This document shows, in pieces, positions 22,401 through 36,154 of a stretch of 64,000 bases of DNA (positions are counted from its first letter, which is position 1; every line of letters begins with the position of its first letter). Below the pieces are notes generated by a model. The model did no database searches and was not told the origin of the DNA. It worked only from the letters and a program-made list of their open reading frames with translations. The stretch is from Chrysomallon squamiferum. Lineage: Eukaryota; Animalia; Mollusca. The position numbers and the translations under genes were made by a program. The stretch covers positions 22,878,001-22,942,000 of the forward strand of contig CM022670.1 in assembly GCA_012295275.1 (NCBI GenBank). The letters are read 5' to 3'.

Positions 22401-25400
22401 TCTTTTTCCATCCATTCTACGTAACATTTTAAAACTGTTTTGATGTTTAACTGAAATAATGACTTAGTAATAAACAGGATTCAAACTATTTATTACTAAA
22501 GAAGAAATTATTTTAATGATCATTTCTGTATTATATTCTTGATCATTACAGAATACAAGTTTTAAAAAACAGCTATTAATAAACAATGTAACTTGCATTT
22601 AATATTACTGTGGTTTTATACTGCTTGTATTCATAAAATATACAGTTTCAAACCAGAGATCAACAATGGTAATTATCTGATTAGTATAATGTGAAACTGT
22701 TTTTGTTTATTTAGTATTGTAATTGAAGATTATTTGTCTAATTTACAGTATAATGTCCGCATTTATACACCATTTTGTACTACCGAACAAAAAAAAAATA
22801 TATATTTATTTTTAATTTTAAAATATTGAAGTTTCTAAGTTTACAGAAATAATTTTATAATTTTGACTAAAACTCACCTCAGTTCATCCTCTCTTTCTCT
22901 CATCTCTCTCAGTTCTCTCTCAATTTTGGACTCGGCTGTTTGGTGCGACTCTCTGTAAGAAAACGTCGTACTGCCAGACCCAGCAATAACACTCCGCCTT
23001 GCTGGGGCTACCAGATCTGGGGTGTGCGTCCCAGCTGTCTGACTTGCATTGGAACTCGTGTCTGAAGCTGCCTCTCGTCTTCTGTTCTGTCAGAAGAGCT
23101 TGCAGTGGCACTTCGTCTCGTTACAAAGTTTCTCTTAACACTGCCACTGGTTTTGTTCTCTCCAATAACAGAAACGTACTTTAAAGGTTCGATGTGCTCT
23201 TCCGAGGTGGTAATAATTTTACCTTCCTTTCTCAAGTCCAGCTCTCTCTGCTTTTGCGCAATGATTTCATGTTGGAGCCTGCTGGAAGCAAAGCGACGCA
23301 TGGCACTCGGTGCAGCAACATTGTGTCTTGGAAAAGTCTGGACTGTGCCTGTGCTTGGTGATTCAGGCTCCTTGGGAGGTGATTTTGGCAGTGGCAGTTC
23401 AGGTAGGCCCTTTGATCTCCTAAATTCATTCTCACGCTCTCTTGCCAAACGAATTTCACGTTCAATTGGTGTTTCTTCTGATATCTCAATATTGAAGCTG
23501 TTTGGAGGTGATTCTGACTTCATTCCACTGTCAGACTCAGATTTTAAGGTGCTGTGACTAGAGTCCAATGAATGTTCTGACTCACGTCGATTCTTGTGCT
23601 GAACAAATGGTGAGACATCTCTCTGCCATGTTCCTGTTTTAACAGAAGGAACTGGAATGTGTTTCTTTTCAGTTTCTGGCTTTGGAACATCAGCTTCTTT
23701 CTTTGGAGCTACTGAACTCTGGCTTGCTGAAGCTGGAGTTACTGCATTTCCTTTACTCAACATTTGCCTTTGTCTTTGAAGTTCTTCTTCTCTTTCACGT
23801 AATTCTCTCAGTTCTTTAGCAATACGACTTTCACCTTCATGCTGATATCCTTGTATTGCTGATTCATAAGAAATATCTTTTGATTCATTGTGATTTATGT
23901 CATTCTGCACCTCACCATCAGCTTCATCGAAAACTTCCTCCTTTTCTTTGGGAGCATCTTTGGAATTATTTGCTGATATTTTAAGTTGTCTTATTCTTGC
24001 TATTTCTTCTTCTCTCTCCCTCTGAAGTCTGATTTCCTTTTCTATAATACTTTCACGTGGGTTTTCTGGTTCTTCTATAGAATTCTGCTGAATACAAGAC
24101 AAAAGATTAGTATATATAGTAATCATAACAACACTAACAAACTGAAAACAAATACAGATCATTCATAACTGCCAAATACAGTTAAATCATGGTTACAACA
24201 AGATACTACTTAGTTTTAACACATTACCTTTCAATAAATATTTCTGTAGATGCTTTAATTCATAATAACGTTAGATAAAACACTGCATTTAGAAAAAGAA
24301 AGCATCTTTCTTCTCGTTTAAACTGATAATGGCTGAAAGGAAAGACAAGTTATATCTCTAACTATTAAGCTGTGTCACAGACTGCTAAAACTCTGTCAAC
24401 AGCAATCAATGAATATTTACCAAACAAAAATAATGATCTGTATGAACCCCTGTGTCTTTTTCCCTGCTGCAATTTAACACAATCCTCATTTAACAATGAA
24501 GAGGAGAAACAATTTGTTGAGCTGAGTAATGTCTTTGTATCCAGCCAGGAGGTGCAAACATTAAATTACAGGTGATTCTTTTGTTTTACAAACTAGAATT
24601 TATCACTTTTGCTAGTCTTTCTTTACTGAAGCGTAAAATAAAAATCCACTATAATAGTAATACTGAAATTAGGCTTTTAAATGTATTGTGTATTAATAAA
24701 ATAGCACATATGTTGCTATTTAGAAAACTAAATGAATACATGAAATATTAAACCATTTTTCTGAAGCTTCTAATTTTTTGCTTGTAAATAATCAGTGTTG
24801 AATTTGACAACAGAAAACAAATGATTATATATATATTATAACAGAAGTACAATAACAGTCTATTCCTATATCATTGTCCTTAAACAATTAAAACCTTTAG
24901 CTAAGCACTCCTAACATTTAGGATTATCTATGAATTTAGAGTTTTCTAACCTGACAAACATTTAGGATTATCTGCCTATGAATTTAGTGTTTTCTAACCT
25001 GACAGACAACATTTAGGATTATCTGTCTATGAATTTAGTGTTTTCTAACCTGACAAACAACATTTAGGATTATCTGTCTATGAATTTAGTATTTTCTAAC
25101 CTTACAACAACATTTATCAATGTTACCATTTTAAACCTTTATAAACATATACAATAATAAAATAAAACTATTTAATAAATAAATATAAAATAATGAAAAT
25201 GTTATTACCTCTTCAGCAACTTCTTCTACAACTTCTCTGCTGACAGCTCGTTCTCTTTCTTCTTGTTCTCTCAGCTCTTCCTGAATCATAGACTCTCTCT
25301 TCCGCAGCTCAGAGCCCCTGTCTGCCTCTGTCATTTCATGGTAATTTGGCTTAAAGTTTTCGTCATCCTCATTTGACTGAAATATTCCTATGTCCACTTT

Positions 25401-26275
25401 CCCTTTCGGTTTAAGAATTTGTTCTCTCTCCATTTGCTCTTTTTTAATCATCTCTTCTCTCTCCAATGCTAGGCGTATTTCGCGCTCAATAGCACTTTCA
25501 TTTTCGGTGTCGGCCATGTCTGATATTCCGTTTGATTGTTCAGTTACCACTGGTGCTGGCTTGGGAGGAGGAGACTTGCTTGGAAGTTTCACCTCCCAGT
25601 GACGGACACTTCCAGACTTGGTTGTTTTCACTGGACTTTGTTCTTTTTCAGTAACCGGTGTCAGAATAGTCTCCCACTGTTTGCGCGTTGATTCCAGATT
25701 TGCTATGGATTCTCGATTCACTTCTGGTGTCGTGTTTTTCTCCTGTATTACATTTTTACTATACAAGGCTATCTTGTCCACGGCCTGGAAGCTAACATCA
25801 GGAGGTTTCTTAGGATCTTCAATTAGTTCCCAGTGATGAGTGGAAGGACTAACCTCTGATGTAACATTCTCATCAGCTGAATCTACGAAAACAGAATTTA
25901 GAAGACTCATTATTTAGTACTTTATGTTTAAATATTTTTTATCATGGAAACATCTACATTAGCTACGTTTGAACTGTGGTCTGTGTTTCAATTTAATGGC
26001 TGTTGAGATTATCTGTCAACAGTATAGCATTCCTGACTGTAGTGCATTACAAAAATGTAAGCAGAGGTGAAACTGGAACAATAACAGCACGGTGAAAGCT
26101 GCAACAAATGACTAAATTTACATGTAATCATCAGAGTTAATATTATAAATGCATTACTGTTACCATACATGTGTAATAACTTTGATGAAGAAAGAGAGAG
26201 AGAAAGAAAGAAATGAATCTGTATATGAGGTTATAATCTTCCCTTCTGATTTTAACAGTAAATTCAAATTAGAAT

Positions 26276-26307
<32 letters not shown>

Positions 26308-27039
26308 TGATAACCAACCATATAAAAATTCTTCTATATTTGTGTTAATTTTTCTCATTATTGTTGCATAAATGATGGAGTAGAGAGAAAAAATATATTG
26401 AAAAATACAACTATCCTTGTAGAAAGAAAATTCTGCAAAATGCTCAATCACTGATTAATAGTAATCCATACTTGTTGCACCCATGTTCATCATTAAGTTT
26501 TAACAAAATAACACAGAGAGAGAGAGAGAAGTAACAAAACTTACAATTCAACTTTTTCAGAAGGTTGCCAATGACAGAGAATGAAGGTGAAATCTGGAGC
26601 TTGTATAGCTTGACAGATTATCTTTCAAACGACTATCCAATCACCTGCATGTCTATCTGACCTGAAACCCACTTGGCTTAGATAAGCTTACCACATTGTT
26701 CAGTGACATCAAGAACTGAGATGTAAGGTTTTGATATATTTGACTTGAACTCAACTGATGAACCCTCTGATGCTTTCTGCAAAGCCCTAAAGGTTGATTT
26801 TATAGCTTATGTTTTTTGACTTTGAAGTCATGCCAAGCTGAAAGTCAAGTGGCAATGAAGGCACAGAATTAAAACTGGTTGTTGAAGATTTCTCAGTTAT
26901 TGAAATTAAATGAAACTTAGAGGTAAAGTCTCAAGCAGAAAATCAGTCAGAAAATTTAATGAAATATTTCTGTGTCTACTTTTAACATCTATAGCTATAA
27001 ATATATAACCGTTGGTTAATGTGTATATGAGAGAGCAAG

Positions 27040-27097
<58 letters not shown>

Positions 27098-29586
27098 ACT
27101 ATTGGTATATACAATACAAATTTATATTTTATTCAAAGAAAAATAAGTGTAAGTATGAAAGAGGAAAATACATAACATGCACACACATACATCTATATCT
27201 ATATCTACATCTGTATATATTACATTTTATATGGTTTTATCATATTTTGTTTCCAACCAGTGCTCCTTGATTTATTCATTATTGTATTTCAAGCTAATGA
27301 GTAGGTGTATATGAAAAATCCCTTGATGCTAACCAGTAACAGCAGCTCATAGACTGACAGGCTTTTTCTCACATCATTAAAACTATTAATATAAAAATCA
27401 TTAAACATCGTTTATTTCTGTTCAACATTAACCTATTACATGTTAACAACAAAGGCTCTTAGACTCCTGTCTTACTTGTTCAAAATCATCTCTTTACTGA
27501 GAGGAATGATGGATGCCATATTAAACACACTGTGTTTCAGGTAAACGTTAGTCTGGCAAGTTTAAAAACAACCTTTCCATTTATTCAGGTTTTGTTTGCC
27601 AAGGACAAACTTTTAATCCAAAGTAAATATAACTCTTCACCCCAGAGACTAACATAAGATAATTTTCAATACAAACAATACACCTAAAATAAAATAAAAT
27701 AAAATAAAATAAAATAAAATAAAATAAAATAAAATGAAATGAAATGAAATGAAATGAAATGAAATGAAACAAAACAAATGAGTAAGTAAATAATATGTAT
27801 ATATATATATAAAAATATATGTGTCTGTGTACATATGTGTGTGTGTAAATGAAATAAAACTGAACTAATTTTACAGTCTCTAAGGGAAATATAAAACTCT
27901 GGGAATACAGAGTATTAATGGATTATAATATTACTGCAGCTTTGTGTGTTTTGTTACGTCACTAGGCCATTAACTTTGAAGTATTCAGATGCATATATCT
28001 TCACTCACTGATGTCTGGGCGTATTTATATCCCAGGACTGTCTTACAATGTCATAGCTGCACAAGTGACAATAATAAAATGTATCTAATGACTCATTCAG
28101 CAAAAATGTTTCTCCACTGAGGCTGAAGATTAAAAAAATCATTTAAAAACAGACTGTGATAAACTTAACTATAAACATGCTAATCAAGATGAGAAAACCA
28201 GATATAGGATTGTTCAGTTAAGCAGATTCTGGTTTTAATATTATTATTATCATCATCATTATTATCATCATCATTATCATTGTTATTCATTCATCATCAT
28301 CATTTTTTTTCATTATTATTATTATTATTTTTTTTTTATTAATTATTATTTTTTTAATTTCTGCAATAAGTTATTTTCATTACTCATGTTAAAACTATTC
28401 AGATTTTCATTAACAGTATTAGAGACACAAAACACAAACATTTTTAATTTTAATCTCTAGTGGACTCAGTCCAAATCTGAGCTTTCTTCTGAAACAAATT
28501 CAAAACAAGATGACTTTGCAATAAGCTACTGATATTGTTTATAAATATTTGTCATTACTGTTGATATTTAATTGTCTAGTTTTACAGTTATTTAGATAGA
28601 TGTAATATTTATTGTTTATTGTATCTACTTTTATATAAAGAAAATAATTTATAATAATAATAATGATGATGATGATGATAATGATGACGATAATAATAAC
28701 TATTATATCTCTGTCATTAATTTGTAACAATTCATTTGATGTCATTCTGATAAATATCAGACTTTATCATCAGTTTTTATCTGTATTTATATTTTATTTA
28801 GTTTAGCAGGGCGTAATGTTATAATTTTTTCTGCTGACATTTGAACTGTAGATTTAATAAACATTAAGTCAAAACAATAGCAATAAATAACTAAATAACT
28901 AAATATTATTATTACTACTCCCAATAATAATTAATACAACAGAAATGAAACAATATAAGAAATGAAACAAAACAGATACCTTTCCAAGCTGAAATGTATG
29001 TCCACAGAAGTGATATCGAAGTGATAACTGGTATGAAAGTTGATAACTGGTATCAAAGTGAAAACAGTGTGCAAACAGTTTTATCAGCAAGGAGATTACA
29101 CTGATGATTGTTTAATGAGCACATCAACAAAAATAGCTCATCATGTAGGTAATCTTTGAAGCGGCCTCATCTAAACAACTTTAATAATTCATTACAAACA
29201 GTCCCCTTGTCCTGAATGGCAGAAAAGTAAGGTGAAGTAAGTGTAAGAATAAGATTGGCCGTTAATATTTAATGGCTTGCATCTCAGGTAGAACTGTCAA
29301 AACGGAACAATGATCAAAATACCCTAAATATCTTACCTTTAACCAGGTATAAATGATTTTTCAACAACAACAACAACAACAAAAAAAACCTTAAAAGATT
29401 AATATTTTTTTTTACTAATTTTGTGGTCTCCAAATTATTTTCACATGCAGAAAATAATTCATTATTTTAAAAAATGGTTTTGGGCATTTTAATGAAACAT
29501 TGTAACAGACAAAGGTTTTCAGACAGAAAAAACTCAGTATTATTTTGTTTATGCACAACATATTTTTTTATATCATTTGAATCATC

Positions 29587-29626
<40 letters not shown>

Positions 29627-32600
29627 TATTATAGAATAATAATATTAATTATAATAATAATAGTAATAATAATAATAATTTTTTGTTTTTCCTGTCTCAA
29701 CAGACTACACTTCTAAACTAATGTGAAACCTGACTCACCCAGGTTGGGCGGGGTAGCCGTTGTGGGCTTCAGAATGAGAACAGCCCGAGAAGAAAAGGTC
29801 TCCATATCTCCAGTGACTTTGCCACAATCAGTCAATGTATTCAGAAAGTTCTTTTGTGAAGGAACAGCTCTTCATGTGTGGAGAGCATTTGTGTTTGACA
29901 CAATGTAAAGGTTTGTGCTGCAATGGTCAACAGGTTGACCAACAGGCAAACATGAACACATAGTCCAGTATTCAAACTCAGGTTTCTTTGCCAGCAGCAG
30001 GCTTACTTAGTCACAGGGCAGGGAAGTCATGAGTACAACATAACTGTGTGTCCAGGTAAAAGTGCAGTTAATTCAAACATGTAGAGGCCAAACCTTAAGA
30101 GCTTGTGATAAAAGAAACAAAAGTATGACTCGTGAATGAAACAGCAGGTGGGGAACACAGTAATTTCTGAAGATGATGCTGTTATATCTTTTGAATATTT
30201 TCAAAAGATGGTCCATTAACACACTTTTCTTCCCAGCAAACAGAAAGAATATGGTTACACAAGTTTTGGCTATCTGTGCAGCATGATGTTAAGCATATAC
30301 AGAAATAACATTTTCCAATCTGAATAAAAATATCACAGTTAAAAATATTGGAAAGAAATCTATAACATGTTTTTTTTTTTTTTGAAATAAGATGCTTGCC
30401 ACACTTGTAAAAGATTAGTATTTATGATTCAGCTTATTTTGATTATCCAGTTTAGAAATTTTGATAAATAAAGTGAGTAGCAGACGTTTCTTGAGACTGG
30501 TATGTGGTGCCTGCACTGTCTAACATGAACTACTGGCCAGATTCACGTTTTTATGGAATCTACTATAAAAACAAAAAAAAATGAAACTGGAAAGAAAAAT
30601 CATTACGTAACAAATTTCTGTCAAGTCCAGCTCTGTTACAATAAAAGATTTTTCAGGATTGCATTAACTTCCAGCAGATTAACTTCAGCAAAGTGACAAA
30701 AACCTGTTGAAACCTTCAGGTAAATACAACAGTGTGTTAACTGACAACTGGCTTATCCCTTTATCCAGAAGAATTTGTTCAGCTGTTTATTGTGGCTCTA
30801 AGCCTAGCCTCAGGTATAGCCCTATTACAACCCAGTTCCATAATGCAAACAAATAAATGTAAGTCACTTGTTGCAATGCCAAGTTAAAACAATCCTTCAT
30901 AAAAACTGAGTGACATATAACGAACACACAAAATATTTTAATTAAAGATATGAAATTCTTGAAATAACAAAAAATAAAACCTGAATTAGGGAAAAATAGA
31001 AGAAGAAAAAACAAAATGTATGAATAAAGATATTTATTGAAACAAAGATATGCAAATTAAATTGTACTCATCAAACAGGGTAGAATGAATATTTTCTTTT
31101 TCAAATTCTGCTTTTGTTTTATTTCACCTATATACAGCAAAAATTAATTCAAAGGTAGGTATATTGTAGTCGTTACAATATTACATATTTCAACATTATG
31201 GGTGCTCTAAGTAACTTTGATGTAAGTAAACCAGCTTTATTGATTATTTAACTCACCCAGACATAAAGTAAAATGAAACTCAAGTGTTAAATGTACCTGA
31301 AGGAGTTTTACCTAGCAGTGAGTCAATACATTATTTCTTTATGAGTAGGATTTATTAGCTTAGGTCTCATAGCACATTCATCTGAAGACAATATCTGTAG
31401 TTTAATAACAAAATTAAGTCTTTTCATTTTTTTCTAATTACTTTACCTCAATAACTCAATTTTCAAAATACAATAACTGAAGATCCAACATTCGAAAAGC
31501 CAATTATATTTACAGCATTTGAGAAAAAAAATGCAACAATTATGAATAAAAGAAAGACATGACTAAATGTGCATCCAACTTGATAATGATTTTCATTTCA
31601 GTCCATTAAAATTAAGTAATAATTACATACTTTGATCATTAGTTTCTCCTCTCATGTAGCTAAATTTTATCATATTTAGTGTAAATATTCTGCCTAATCA
31701 GTGGGATGGATATGAATGTTGTTTCCTGTCAACAGACCCAGACATAAAGGAAAGACAGAAAGGGAAAATGGATTCATTAGTTTTATTACATCATATACAC
31801 CAAGCCAATCCTTGCTGAACTTGATTTATATGGCTGTCACCCACAAAAGGAATCTTCTCAAATACACTCCCATGTTTCATATTTACTCAAGGCTGTCCTG
31901 TTTTGGCCTGTGTCACACAGTTATGTGGCTTATAAAAGATCCTGTATTGGCAAGTTAAACACAGAGTTTAATATATCTTGAATGGGCCGTCCTCTTGTGA
32001 AAGGCTTTTCATTAAACATGTGTACATTGTACTGCAGCAGAGTTGCACTACAAGTTCTTAACAACACACCACCTGCATCACATCCTAGTTCTGGCAAACA
32101 TTTAACAAACATTTTGAAAAGACTGTAACTATAGTATGTGAATGGAGGTGAAAAATATATTTTTTAATCATTTTTATTTATCTGGAAAAATGTAACATCA
32201 GGTCATCTGTAAATAAAGGCTAAGCTATGTTGAATATGTGATGCAATAAATCATGCAATATTTTGTTCAAGCATGAAATAGAGATTAAAGCAATAAATTA
32301 CAATAAAATATTTCTGCTATGGCAACATGTGTCATAGTCTTAATCAGAATTTTTTAAAGATTCATAAGTGTTTGATTATTCAGGAAAAAAGAAATGTAAA
32401 ATAAATTGGGCTTAAACACCTGATGAAAAAAACAACAACAAAAAACCCCACCAAAATAAAAACAACAATAATAATAAATACATATTCATTATAGGGTTAG
32501 TCTGTTTAAATGAATAATTTTCTATAGTAAATCATAAAAAAATTGCATGAATGTAAATTATATTTCAAACAGATTCCCAAGTGATAATGTGGTAAAGATC

Positions 32601-35600
32601 TCTCAGTTTTCAATCAATCACTGGCATCATTTCTAGGATTAGTCATTTTTCAATATCACATATTTAAACAAAGATAACAAGCTTTTGGTCTGTATTTCAT
32701 GTGTGAAATGAAACTCAGAATATAACAGTCATTAGACAGATCATTTTTCTACAGTTAACTAAAAGGGTTCAGATTAAATCAGTGGTTTCCAAAGTTTTGA
32801 GGGTCACTGCATTCTTCATATGCAGACCCCCTACTCCCTTCTGCAAAGAATTCTGATTTGCAGTGCAAACTTAGATGGAAGAAACAGCAAATCAATGATC
32901 TTTCCTCTGAAATGCCCATTGCCAATTTCTATATTGTTTTTTCTTTTCTAGATAACAGCTAAAAACTGAAATATCTGTAATATTTCCATATGCAGTAAGG
33001 CTTAGAATAAAAACATTTTGTAACTAAAACTAAAATGAAAAGTCCTTTTCTGAGACAAATTAACCATATAATTAACTGTACAAAGGTTTCACCTTTTTTT
33101 TTTTTTGAATTGTACATGTGACCAAAATACACTACAGTACAGTGCACATTTCCTGAATAAAAAGAATAAAAAAGCAAACATTATACTGCAGTATTTATCT
33201 GATTTTAAAGTTATTATGATACTGGTGTCATATTTTCATCAGGGTTGCCTCAGGTAACTAAACTTCTGGTTATTATTAAGCAAGGCAGAAACTGTGATAT
33301 GCTGTTTGTGTTTGGTCATGCATAATTTAGTCAACTGATTTAATTTACCTGTTATATATTAAATATTCATTTATATGTTTGTAAATATTTTGGGTCTCAT
33401 TTAAAAATGTCTGCATGATACTGTAGTCAGGTTATAGTGCACAAGAAATATAGATTAAAAATATGTTTTTTAAACTGGAACTTTAAAAATGTATTAATCA
33501 AATATCCCATTTATCAAACAACTCCAAATTTTTTGTATTTTAAAATAAAAATAATAATATTGTAAAAAAATTATTATCGAGTTTGACAAAAAAAAAAAAG
33601 ATTCATTTTGGATTATAAAAAATACATTTTTCAGTCAGGTAATAAGAAACTTGCAATGAATTAATAAACTAAGATCGATTTTAACGATATAGAAAATCTA
33701 TGGATGTGTTATCAATCTAAAATGTGAGTTCAGTTTTGAATTAGAAAACCAGTGTTCACATAATTTGATAATAGTCATATAATTGATCTTCTTCTAAATT
33801 ACAAGTATTAAATGTCTAAACACATAATTTATTACACATTTTTAAGCAAAAAATTTATTTATGGATTTTTAAATTTCCTTTTTCCGTTTAGAAATTCATT
33901 TTAAAATAGATTATTTTGTGAGGGTTGATGTTGTATGGGTGGATTCGACTGAATAACGATGTAAATATGTATTTAATCGGATTAGATGTGGGTGTTGTTC
34001 ATTTATAACATTTATTAACGGAAATGCTTTCTTCTGGATCTCCCTTTAACTCATGACTCACAGCAGATTAAAATACATACAAAAACAGAAATATTCAACA
34101 GGTGTAACATTTGAAAACGACACAAAAACAAAATATTAAAAAAAACCCCAAAATTAATTAAAAAATAAACTGGTAATATCACAGCGTATATTCACAAATA
34201 CTTTTTTTGTTTTACTAACCTATTATTTCTAGTAACTGCTGAAAATTAAATCCATGAATGTTTGTTTTATGCATTTGCTGGCTTTGTGTCAACAAAAATG
34301 TCATGCTTCTCTGTACTCTACTGGAAAGCTTTCAAGTTTCTACACGTTCAGTTTACCTGCATACCCTTTTCTGGGACAGTTTAGATAAAGAAAATCAATA
34401 ACGACCCATATCTACATATTACAAAAACCTGCAATGGCTAATGTGTTAACATATAAATAAAACGTGTACATTTTATAACATAACCACAACAGAACACTCA
34501 CCTTCGAATGGTTTACCAGGTGTCACTTTAATCCAGATAGGCATGCTATAAGTTTATATATGTGTGTGTGTTCATATATATTTATGCCCATGAACAGGTC
34601 AGGTTTTTGTGTATGGATCGATATTATGCCATTATTTTCTTGAATCCTGTCTGTGCATACCACAGCAGCTGGTACATTTACCTGAATCAGTGTCACTGTC
34701 GAATTGATTAGTTTCAGGTATACACATACATACACACACACATATATTTCTTGAAGGATACTATCTCCATTTACTTTCTCAGTTATTCACACAGTCCTTT
34801 TCCAGTTATTAATAATTTATATATATTTTTCACCAAAAACAACACTGATGAAATGAAACTGTTTCTGAGTTCAGACTTACACAATGTTTATTTATACAGG
34901 TCACACAAGCTGTGTGTTAAAATCATGTACCCAACTAAAATCAGTCCAAACACATGTCAGTGTCTTGATAACACACACTTTGGTAAATTTCCAAACATTT
35001 CTGTCCACACACACTTGTCGATAGAACTTGCTGATATCAGGTAAGTTGGGGCGATTATCATAAAATACTGGTTAGATGATCACCTGCTTCACCTGCACAG
35101 TGTGTTGAACTATTTATCATACTCCAGTGAAATAAAATTAATTTTGAGTCACTCCTTTCTGTTAGTTCACTTACATTCTCTCTGAAGCAGCTTGAATAAA
35201 CTGATGTTATGTGAATTTATAATTATACCTACATGTATAATCTCCACTTAACTGTTATGTCACTAATGTACTAAGCATGTATATAGACCACAAACATTAT
35301 GTTTCTAATCATTCTGAGATCTAACCTCGGCAACTCTAGATCACTGGTATTATAATTACTTAAATATTAAGTAAAAAGATACGGCTAACCAGGAGCCTTC
35401 TTGTCCCAAATTTGACTCAATTCAAGTCCTGTTGAACACTCAGAGGCTCTATTTGCTCCTACACCCAAGAAAAATTCACTGCATTCTAAAACTTTTTTTT
35501 TTTTTTTTTTTCTTTTTTTTTTTTTTTTTCTCTCTTCTATTCTACAGCCTGCCTCTAAACATGCAAACATTTGCCCAGATGCAGGGTGAAAAAGATACTG

Positions 35601-36119
35601 ACAGCAGCTTGGAAACAATGCATGAAGTATGATTAGTGGAGAAGTTTATCTCAAACAATTACCAATGTAAGTATTGATTACACTGTTAGTAGAGAAACAG
35701 TTCCATGTCATTTAGTATTCACTTCAAAACAATTATCTCAACAGTGTCAAGTGTTTTAGTGGAAAATATCATTAGCTTTTATATTTTTTTTTGTTACAAC
35801 TAATTATAAAATCAATTAGTTAAAAAATAATAAAATGATAAACAACATCAGTATCAGTTTTCAATAAAAAAAATATAGATATAATGCTATAATATTCTTT
35901 ATTCTCTATAATCTAAAGTAGTTTCATTTATTATTTGAACCAAATATTTTATTTTCAGAGAAAAGAATTATAAATCATTCTTTAAAATGAATGTATATAA
36001 TAATAATAATAAAAACAATAACAACTATAATCATAATAATATTAATAATAATAATAATTTCTAATAATAACAATAATAATAAAAATAACAATAATAAAAA
36101 TAATAATAATAACAACAAC

Positions 36120-36154
<35 letters not shown>

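Noticed and set aside
22447-22452. Alternative terminal exon for the MISP/AKAP2-like gene (tatttcag|T TAA)
   Set aside because: Only an acceptor-like motif is visible and it would drop the conserved LAAQWE end. It cannot be supported without transcripts.
24914-25116. Shared 'aaatt(c)atagacagat' between the reverse complement of this 50-bp repeat and the SZT2 49-bp repeat, plus a donor-like CAG|GTTAG in each unit
   Set aside because: The match is short and AT-rich, the SZT2 unit is explained by its own exon sequence, and this array does not overlap an identifiable exon end.
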